DNA from: a virus
Virus record (IMG/VR): IMGVR_UViG_3300030118_001869
Span: 50,107-114,106 of that record
Direction: 5' to 3' (one strand)
Length of the DNA stretch: 64,000 nucleotides
Below the pieces are notes generated by a model, which saw nothing but the letters and a program-made list of their open reading frames with translations, was not told the origin of the DNA and did not search any database. A program made the translations under genes and the position numbers. This document shows, piece by piece, positions 56,263 to 64,000 of this stretch (its first letter is position 1; each line of letters starts with the position of its first letter).

Positions 56263-59200
56263 ATGAGTCTAAAATCCTTATCAGGACTAAAAATAGGAGA
56301 CTACACGCTGCCAACTTCTGATGGAACTAATGGACAAGTTTTACAAACTGACGGTAGTGGTAATGTAACTTTCCAATCAGTATCTATAAGTGACAAGTTC
56401 ACAAGCGGACTTTCTTTTGATACATCCACAGGAGTTTTAACAGCAACAGTTACTAATGGATCTAATGTAACAGAAGATCTAGATGGGAGATATGTGCTCC
56501 TAGGTGGAGATACTATGTCCGGTGATCTTACTATAACACATGCTGGTTCACCTAGCTTACACCTTATTGATACTACTAATGATGTAGATTTTAGGCTTAG
56601 AGCTGCTAATACTTATGTTACTTTTGAGGCTGATAGAGACGATGATGCTGCTAGTACTAGAATGCAGTTCAAAGTAGATAATATTGTACAATATGAAATA
56701 TTACAAACTAGCACGCAAACATTTGTTAATACTACTAGTTTTATTAGAAAAGATGTAACTGGTAGTGGAGGATTTGGATTTAATATAACTACAAGAAAAG
56801 CAACTGGTAATACATACTCAGCTGGTGATGATGTAGGTAGAATAAACTTTAGAGGTAGAGATGATGTTGTAACTAGTGATATTTCAATGGTTTCTGTTAT
56901 AGCAGAAGCTGATAGTACATTTACGTCTACAGATCAAAAAGCAAGACTTAAGTTTCAAGTATTTACTGGTACACAACTAGAAAATGTTTTAGAGTTAAAG
57001 TCTAATAGAAATGTTGAGATTAGTGGTGGAACTTTAATGCTAGGTGATGATGTAACTATATTTAGAGATGGTGCTAATATATTAAGAACAGATGACGCTT
57101 TACATGCTAACGGACATATACATGTTGGTGGTGTATCTGGAGGTGGATCTATATATAACAGAGCAGACACTACTAACAATATTACTTTTTCTTCATCAGG
57201 TGTTGCTATTTCTAAAGATACAGATATTACAGGTGACCTAACTGTAAATACATCATCAACAAATAGTGTAGGTAATGGTATTGTTTTAAATAGACCTGCA
57301 GCGGGAACTCACTATCATGCACTACACCTTTCTACAAATGGTACATGTAATTGGTCTGTTGGTCAGAATAGTAATGATAGCTTCCAAATATATGAAGAGG
57401 GTCTAAATTCAAAAACCAGATTTACAATAGCACAAGGCGGTAATGCAACTTTTTCAGGAACAATAACAGCTTCAAACTTTTCAGGTTCATCTTCTGGTAC
57501 AAATACAGGTGATCAAGATTTAAGTGCTTACATAACACAAACAGATGCAGACGCTAGATATGTTTTAGAAACTGGAGGCTCTAGTAGTGCTATGACTGGT
57601 GACCTTCATTTAATATCAGGAGGACCTAAAATTATTCTACAAGACAACACAGATGATGATGATCAACAAATTATATTTAGAGATAACGGTGGATCTAATG
57701 AATATATAATAGGAACTTCAGACTTTACTAGCGGTGGAGGACAAGATGGATTTTATATAGGATCAACTACAAGTGATGGTGAAATAGGTCTTGTAACTGC
57801 TAATACAACTGCACTAACACTTGATACATCACAAAATGCAACATTTGCAGGTACTTTAACAGTTAATGGTGCTGATGCAATTACAATACCAGATTATATT
57901 CTTCATGCTGGTGATGATAGTAAGTTTGGTTTTCCTAGTAATGACAATTTCAAAGTAAGATTAGCTGGTAGTGATGTGTTTACTATGAATACCACTACAG
58001 CAACTTTTGATGGTGATCTAATTCTCAACGGAACAGCCCCAACATTAAGAATACAAGACTCAAGAAATTTAAACAATAATGATTGGGATAATGTTAGTTT
58101 AGGTAATATTGAATTTTATACTTCAGATACAACTAGTCCTGGTGCCAGAGTTTTAGCAGAAGTAGAAGCTTTTAGTAACGCAGCAGCAGCTTCAGGCCCT
58201 AATGCAGAACTTAGATTTAAAACTTCTCAAAACACTGATTCTTCACCACAAACTAGATTAACAATATCTCATGATGGTGCTGCAACGTTTGCAGGTGATG
58301 TAAGTACAGGTGGAGTAATGAATGTTGTGGGTGGTGATTTAAAATTAGATCTAGGCCGTAACATAAGATTTGGAAATCAATTAGCTATTATAAAAGAAAG
58401 TAATGGAGAGTTAAAATTTTATGGTGGTACAAACTCTACAGATGGTGGTTTTGAATTTTTTACCTGGGATGGTTCTGCTTATAATTCTTCTCTTACTTTA
58501 AAAAATGACAATAACGCAACTTTTGTAGGGTCAATTACAGCTGGTGGTGCTAGATCAATCTTTGCGGCTGATACAGTTGTTAATTCATATAGTGGTACTG
58601 CTGGAGTTGAGGTATATAAAAATGCTGGAGACTCAGTACTTTTAATTCATCAAGATGATGGTAACCATCAATCTAAATTACATTTTAGAACTGGTGGAAA
58701 TGATACTATAATTAAAGTTCCAGATAGCACTTATGCTTTAAGAGTAGATAGTGAAACAACCACTGATGCATTTACATTATCTCTTGCTGGTAATGCAGGT
58801 TTTGCAGGATCAGTTACAGGAACTTCACTTGTTGCTCCTAATGTTTATGCTCAGAATCTTTATATAACATCTTCTGGTACTAGTGCTGTAAACAGAATTG
58901 ATAATGATACATCAAGTCTTTACATAACATATGGTGGTACAAGCAACCGTGCTTTAGAAATTTCTAATAGTAATGGTAATGCAACTTTTGTAAATGATAT
59001 AGAAACACCTGGTACAATAAATTTACCTGGAAACGGTAATACTGCTACAAGAGAAATATTAATTAATGCTCATGGAACAAGAGCTAAATTAATGAAAGAA
59101 GGTAATGCTGCTTATTGGCAGGTTGCTCAAGGTAGTAATCAATTTGAAATAACTGACGCTGCAAACGGTAACAGCACAAAAGGGAATGTTCTACTTAGAA

Positions 59201-62200
59201 CAAACGGTCATGATGATTATGATAATAAATTAATACTAGTTCCTAATGGAGGTACTGTAGGTATAAATACACCTGTTCCATTTACAGCAAACGCAAATGC
59301 TAATGAGTTAGTTGTAGGTAGTGGTAGTGGTAATCAAGGTATAACAATATATTCTGGTGATAGTAATAGCGGTTCTATATATTTTGCTGATGATTTAGAT
59401 GAAGAAGGAGCAGGAGATGGTCCAGCTGGAAATAGAGATGGTATAATTAGATATGAACATGCTTATGCTAGATTTAATATTAGAACAGGCGGTAATCAAG
59501 ATTCTTTAATCTTAACTAATACCTCTGCAACTTTTAATGGTAATGTAGTTGTAGGTAATGCTTTATATGTTCCTAATGAAATTTATCATGCTGGTGATAC
59601 TAATACTTCTATACGGTTTTCTGCTGAGGATCAATTTAGAATTGTTACAGGAGGTGGCAACAGACTACAAGTTCAAAATGATAAAATATTAGTTGGTGAT
59701 GATGTCAACATGCAATATGATGGTATTAGTACTGGTAATAGTGGTACTGTTGTTTATGGTGGATTTTTAAATCCTGCATCTGAAGCTAACATGGTTCACA
59801 TACCACATATTATAAATGACTTAGCTGGATTTAATAAATGGAGTAATGCTACAATAACTACAAGTGGTTTTTATCAAACAAGAAGTGGTAGTGCAGGTAG
59901 TTATACTTATAGTAATGAAGTTTCAAGCAGTACAGCCGGTTGGGCAAATGCTTTTGATGCACACTCAAGTACAGCAGGTAGTTGGTATTCAGACAATGGT
60001 TCTGATGGTGTATATACTCATGGTACAGATACACCAGGTGTAGTAGAACTACAATGGACTAATGAAGCTACATATTCATTATGGGCTGGTATTGTGTTTG
60101 GTTCAGGTAGTTTTACAGCAACATATGTAAAAATAGAAGCTTATAGAGGCGGTGCATGGCAAACACTATGTGAGATAACTAATAACACAGACCAAGTTAT
60201 ATTAAGACAAGTTGGTAGTAATTCTGGTACTGGTGCAGCAACTACTAGATTAAAATATACATTAGGTGGTTCTGTAAATAACAGTTACTTTAGAATTCAT
60301 TCTCTGTATATGGCAAACTACAGAGCCGGTGATAATAACCTAAACAATACAAGTATAGATAGTACAAGAGGTGTTAACTTCCTAGAGAGATATAAAAATA
60401 ACTATGCACATGGACATTTTTATCCTGGAGCTCACAACACTTATGATATAGGATCTTCTTCATACAAGTGGAAAAATATTATTGGTGTTAATCTTCATGG
60501 TGATTTAGTTGGTACTATACATTCATCTACTACAGCAAATACACAATCACAAGGTAATAACTCAACTAAAGTAGCTACAACAGCTTATGTAGATACAGCT
60601 GTATCAAACCTAGTTGACTCAGCACCTTCAACTTTAGACACATTAAATGAGTTAGCAGCAGCACTAGGTGATGATGCAAACTTTAGTACAACAGTTACAA
60701 ACAGTATAGCAGGAAAAGTATCTAAGTCAGGTGATACTATGACTGGTAGTTTAACTATTGGTTCAGATGCATCTGGTCATGACTTTTTAGTATATGGTAG
60801 TGCTACTGGTGAAAAAATGCTTTGGGATACAAGTGAAAGTAGATTAGTAATTAATCATGATACTGATGATTTTGGTGTTGGGATATTTACAGTAGGTTCA
60901 GCACAAATGACTCAACCTCAACTTAAAGTTGGTAGAGATGCAAGTCAATACTGGGGAGTATACACTGATGATAGAAATGCACACTTAGTACATAGACAAG
61001 ATGAGACTAGTGGTATTATGACTACTAGGTTTGATCAATGGGATAGCAACACATCTGATAATACTGGGCAATGGCAATGGAGATCTGGTGATGGCACTGG
61101 TGCTAGTATGACTAGTGCAGCTGTTTTATATCAAGATGGTGATTTTACTGTAAAAGGTGATTTGATGCCAATGACAGATGGTGGTGGATCTTTAGGTAAA
61201 GGTTCTGGTACTAACTTAAGATGGGGCGGTTTAGAATTACAAAGCGGAGCGGGTATACAGTGGCAAAATGGAGATGCTAGAATTATAGAAGGTTTAGTTA
61301 ATAACTACAGTTTATCTTTCCAAACATATGATGGCTCTTCAATGTCTACAGCATTAAGACTAGATGGTGATAATACTGCAACTTTTGCAGGTAATGCAAG
61401 ACTACCTAATTCTGGTAAGTTATTCTTATGGAATGATCATGACTCAAATTTTTTAAGGTATAATTTATGGCAAGCTTCTGCATCAGGAGGTATGACTATA
61501 AGAAATATAGCATCTGGTGGTGATATAATTTTCCAAACTAATAATTCTAACACAGCATTAACCATAGATTCTTCTCAAAACTCAACTTTTGCAGGTCACG
61601 CAATATTAAATAGTGGTAAATACTTAGAGTTTTCTGGTCAGGGTAAACTGATCAATATGGATGTTACTGCTTGGAGTAATGCATCAGAACATAACTTATT
61701 ATATGCAGGTTGGGAAAGCAGTTTAGGAGATTATTTATCATTGAAAGTTCCAGGTAATGGTACAACTAATCATGGTAATTTAATTATAGGTGATAATGGC
61801 TTGTGGTTTGGTAGAATGAATACTACTGATAGTGCACAAGCAACTGATAGTAATACTAACCCACATAGTGGTAGTGGCTCAAATTATTTTAGAGTTAATA
61901 CAGCTGGTCAATTACAAGTATCAGGTTCAGTAGTATCACCTATCTATTATGATACATCAGGAACAACATATTATTTAGATTTAGCTAACACTGGTACATC
62001 ACTAAAAGTTGCAGGGGATGTGCGAGCTGGAAATATTGGTTTAGGATCAGACCCAACATCATTTGGTACTGGTGTACCAACTTTATTATTTAAAGGAACA
62101 AATTCAACAAATGGCCGTGCGGGTGCATTATATTTTAAAGAAAATGATGGAACTGATACGGCTGCATTATATGTAACAGATGGTGCTGATGGATATGGAA

Positions 62201-64000
62201 CGGTTTTAACTGCTTATCAGGGTAGTATAAAATTAACAACAGGTAGTTTAACAGGCACAGTATTAACGCTTGATCAAAGTAACAATGCAACTTTTGCTGG
62301 TGCACTTTTACCAGCAAATAATGGAACACAAGCTTTTGGTGGTAGTAGTAATCGTTGGGATGTAGGTTATTTTAACAAAGTTAGAATTACAAATGTAGTT
62401 ACAAATAAAATATTAAAGTTTGATGGAACAGATATAGATGATTCTATAATGACTGATGATGGGTCTAGTGTAACTGTTGCAGGTTCTGTAACCGCTACTT
62501 CATTTGTAAAATCAGGGGGTACATCATCACAGTTCTTAATGGCAGATGGATCTGTTAGTACAGGTGGTGGTACTGCTACAACTATAAATAATAATGCTGA
62601 CAACAGGGTTATAACCGGTAGTGGAACAGCTGATACATTAGAAGCTGAAAGTGGTTTAACATTTGACGGTGATATATTAGAAATAACTGGATCAGGTACT
62701 ACGACAAAAAGGATGAAAGTTTCACCAGGTACTGATTATGGTAGAGCTCATATTGGTAGAGCAACGTTAGGTAAATTAGGTTTTGATGATCATGCTGGTT
62801 TTTCACATGAAGATCATAACGGTCAAAATAGTTATGCTTTACTTCAAGACAATAACGGTAACACATATGTCAACACCCCTAATAACAAAACAGGTTATTT
62901 AAGAACAAACAATACAACAAGAGCTTATTGGAACGGTAACGGTTTTTATAGTAACAGATATTATGATAGTAATGACACAACTTATTACTTAGACCCAGCT
63001 TCAAATAGTATATTAAATCAAGTTTCATTTGGAGTGCCAGCACTAGGTAGTAATACTAAAGCTAGATTTTTTGCAATAGAAGGTAATGCAGATGCATCTG
63101 GCGAGGGTTCAAGTAGAATATTCTTTACAGAACATAATTCTACAGATGCTGCTAAATCTAAATATGGTATGTCTCTTGGTTATAGAGGTGGTAACACTAG
63201 TATAACTGGAACAGATGGTAATTCATGGACAGGTTTACAACTTATTAGTAATGGACAATGGGGTATGTGGGGTCATAATAATAGTGCTCAAGGTGCTCTT
63301 ATTATGTACGGAGATAGAGCAGGTACTTTTATAAACTTTGATGCTAACGCTTTAAACAACACTGGTGATATTACTGGTAAATCTGTAGATGGGGATCATT
63401 CTAAATTATATAAATTTGGTGGCTTATTCTTGACTTGGGATAGTGATAGTTATGGAACTAACTTTAACCACAGTATTACATCTACAGACAACGGATCATA
63501 CAGTGATAGTATTACTATTAACTCATATGATAAAGTTAGAATTAATATTGATAGTAATAACAATGATTCTGGTTCTACATTTAGTGTTGGTCAACATGGG
63601 ACTGGAACTAGTGGAACTTTATTAACACTTGATGGTGATGGTCATCATACTGTAACAGGCTCTTCTAGAGCTCCAATATTTTATGATTCAAATGATACTA
63701 ATTATTTTATAAATCCAGGCTCAGCAGACTCTGTTGTACACACAGGTTTTAAAATAAACGCACCTGATGAAGGTGGCGCACCAGCTATGACAGCAATACT
63801 AGACATGCATGGTTATGAAGGCCGTGGTGTTGGTATTAAAATGAAAGATAATGTTAATAGTGCTAGTGGATCAACTGATAGAGAGTGGTTTGTTGGTACT
63901 GGATATAATACTTCTGGTTTTAATATTGGTTACGCTTCTGATGGTTCTCAATCATCTTATGCTGCTCAAGCTAAACTTGCAATAACAACAGGTGGTGACA
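56263..64000 (+). CDS. Giant modular tail fibre (>2,579 aa, runs off the window)
   Basis: ATG at 56263 (MSLKSLSGLKIGDYTLPTSDG...); no in-frame stop seen, consistent with its absence from the ORF track; recurring xATFAG, LDTLNELAAALGDD and YYLDPA fibre motifs. Confidence 0.85.
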   Translation, partial: MSLKSLSGLKIGDYTLPTSDGTNGQVLQTDGSGNVTFQSVSISDKFTSGLSFDTSTGVLTATVTNGSNVTEDLDGRYVLLGGDTMSGDLTITHAGSPSLHLIDTTNDVDFRLRAANTYVTFEADRDDDAASTRMQFKVDNIVQYEILQTSTQTFVNTTSFIRKDVTGSGGFGFNITTRKATGNTYSAGDDVGRINFRGRDDVVTSDISMVSVIAEADSTFTSTDQKARLKFQVFTGTQLENVLELKSNRNVEISGGTLMLGDDVTIFRDGANILRTDDALHANGHIHVGGVSGGGSIYNRADTTNNITFSSSGVAISKDTDITGDLTVNTSSTNSVGNGIVLNRPAAGTHYHALHLSTNGTCNWSVGQNSNDSFQIYEEGLNSKTRFTIAQGGNATFSGTITASNFSGSSSGTNTGDQDLSAYITQTDADARYVLETGGSSSAMTGDLHLISGGPKIILQDNTDDDDQQIIFRDNGGSNEYIIGTSDFTSGGGQDGFYIGSTTSDGEIGLVTANTTALTLDTSQNATFAGTLTVNGADAITIPDYILHAGDDSKFGFPSNDNFKVRLAGSDVFTMNTTTATFDGDLILNGTAPTLRIQDSRNLNNNDWDNVSLGNIEFYTSDTTSPGARVLAEVEAFSNAAAASGPNAELRFKTSQNTDSSPQTRLTISHDGAATFAGDVSTGGVMNVVGGDLKLDLGRNIRFGNQLAIIKESNGELKFYGGTNSTDGGFEFFTWDGSAYNSSLTLKNDNNATFVGSITAGGARSIFAADTVVNSYSGTAGVEVYKNAGDSVLLIHQDDGNHQSKLHFRTGGNDTIIKVPDSTYALRVDSETTTDAFTLSLAGNAGFAGSVTGTSLVAPNVYAQNLYITSSGTSAVNRIDNDTSSLYITYGGTSNRALEISNSNGNATFVNDIETPGTINLPGNGNTATREILINAHGTRAKLMKEGNAAYWQVAQGSNQFEITDAANGNSTKGNVLLRTNGHDDYDNKLILVPNGGTVGINTPVPFTANANANELVVGSGSGNQGITIYSGDSNSGSIYFADDLDEEGAGDGPAGNRDGIIRYEHAYARFNIRTGGNQDSLILTNTSATFNGNVVVGNALYVPNEIYHAGDTNTSIRFSAEDQFRIVTGGGNRLQVQNDKILVGDDVNMQYDGISTGNSGTVVYGGFLNPASEANMVHIPHIINDLAGFNKWSNATITTSGFYQTRSGSAGSYTYSNEVSSSTAGWANAFDAHSSTAGSWYSDNGSDGVYTHGTDTPGVVELQWTNEATYSLWAGIVFGSGSFTATYVKIEAYRGGAWQTLCEITNNTDQVILRQVGSNSGTGAATTRLKYTLGGSVNNSYFRIHSLYMANYRAGDNNLNNTSIDSTRGVNFLERYKNNYAHGHFYPGAHNTYDIGSSSYKWKNIIGVNLHGDLVGTIHSSTTANTQSQGNNSTKVATTAYVDTAVSNLVDSAPSTLDTLNELAAALGDDANFSTTVTNSIAGKVSKSGDTMTGSLTIGSDASGHDFLVYGSATGEKMLWDTSESRLVINHDTDDFGVGIFTVGSAQMTQPQLKVGRDASQYWGVYTDDRNAHLVHRQDETSGIMTTRFDQWDSNTSDNTGQWQWRSGDGTGASMTSAAVLYQDGDFTVKGDLMPMTDGGGSLGKGSGTNLRWGGLELQSGAGIQWQNGDARIIEGLVNNYSLSFQTYDGSSMSTALRLDGDNTATFAGNARLPNSGKLFLWNDHDSNFLRYNLWQASASGGMTIRNIASGGDIIFQTNNSNTALTIDSSQNSTFAGHAILNSGKYLEFSGQGKLINMDVTAWSNASEHNLLYAGWESSLGDYLSLKVPGNGTTNHGNLIIGDNGLWFGRMNTTDSAQATDSNTNPHSGSGSNYFRVNTAGQLQVSGSVVSPIYYDTSGTTYYLDLANTGTSLKVAGDVRAGNIGLGSDPTSFGTGVPTLLFKGTNSTNGRAGALYFKENDGTDTAALYVTDGADGYGTVLTAYQGSIKLTTGSLTGTVLTLDQSNNATFAGALLPANNGTQAFGGSSNRWDVGYFNKVRITNVVTNKILKFDGTDIDDSIMTDDGSSVTVAGSVTATSFVKSGGTSSQFLMADGSVSTGGGTATTINNNADNRVITGSGTADTLEAESGLTFDGDILEITGSGTTTKRMKVSPGTDYGRAHIGRATLGKLGFDDHAGFSHEDHNGQNSYALLQDNNGNTYVNTPNNKTGYLRTNNTTRAYWNGNGFYSNRYYDSNDTTYYLDPASNSILNQVSFGVPALGSNTKARFFAIEGNADASGEGSSRIFFTEHNSTDAAKSKYGMSLGYRGGNTSITGTDGNSWTGLQLISNGQWGMWGHNNSAQGALIMYGDRAGTFINFDANALNNTGDITGKSVDGDHSKLYKFGGLFLTWDSDSYGTNFNHSITSTDNGSYSDSITINSYDKVRINIDSNNNDSGSTFSVGQHGTGTSGTLLTLDGDGHHTVTGSSRAPIFYDSNDTNYFINPGSADSVVHTGFKINAPDEGGAPAMTAILDMHGYEGRGVGIKMKDNVNSASGSTDREWFVGTGYNTSGFNIGYASDGSQSSYAAQAKLAITTGGD

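Larger units (their letters stand above)
1..64000. other. Segment of a crAss-like Bacteroidota (Flavobacteria) phage genome
   Basis: TerL-portal-scaffold-MCP block with large (725/911/538 aa) proteins, family B polymerase, primase, DnaB, RNR; no integrase or host housekeeping genes; Bacteroidota promoter boxes. Confidence 0.85.

Noticed and set aside
813-63625. Many short ORFs antisense to or nested in real genes (e.g. 813-1094, 3320-3724, 29491-30033, 46099-46548, 55721-56236)
   Set aside because: Shadow frames of well-supported genes, with no motifs or start context
1-64000. Stop-codon reassignment (TAG/TGA) as in some crAss-like phages
   Set aside because: Core genes are full length in code 11; TAG ends TerL immediately before the portal ATG; coding density is already high
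1-64000. tRNA genes, CRISPR array, integrase, DGR reverse transcriptase
   Set aside because: No cloverleaf/T-loop signature, regularly spaced repeats, recombinase or RT motifs noticed by eye; tRNAscan and repeat finders were not run

Overview
The whole window is part of an AT-rich, gene-dense dsDNA tailed phage genome. It is most likely a crAss-like (Crassvirales-related) podophage of a marine or aquatic Bacteroidota (Flavobacteria-like) host. Host evidence: TAnnTTTG -7 promoter boxes, A-rich starts without Shine-Dalgarno motifs, Flavobacteria-type class Ia RNR, a DUF4846-like protein and lipoproteins. Layout: nrdA/nrdB on - (1-1408); a + strand late block of small Lys/Arg-rich proteins, a holin and three virion-like proteins sharing an N-terminal module (1.8-8.7 kb); a long - strand early/replication block (8.7-34.7 kb: dNTP diphosphohydrolase, PolB, PD-(D/E)XK nuclease, vWA-metallopeptidase plus MoxR AAA+, RusA, primase, Sak4-like ATPase, DnaB, UDG, SF2 helicase, HNH, lipoproteins); a palindrome-rich noncoding zone and divergence point (34.0-34.8 kb); then the + strand lysis, packaging and morphogenesis block (endolysin, HU/IHF, GroES, TerL, portal, scaffold, MCP, tail proteins), ending in a >2,500-aa fibre gene that runs off the window. 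Best leads: two strand-specific repeated phage promoter motifs, a separately promoted DUF6915/vWA-peptidase/MoxR/paralog operon, several long intergenic hairpins, a cluster of basic microproteins including a split DUF5872, and several unannotated micro-ORFs. All family assignments come from motif recognition by eye, not from database searches.
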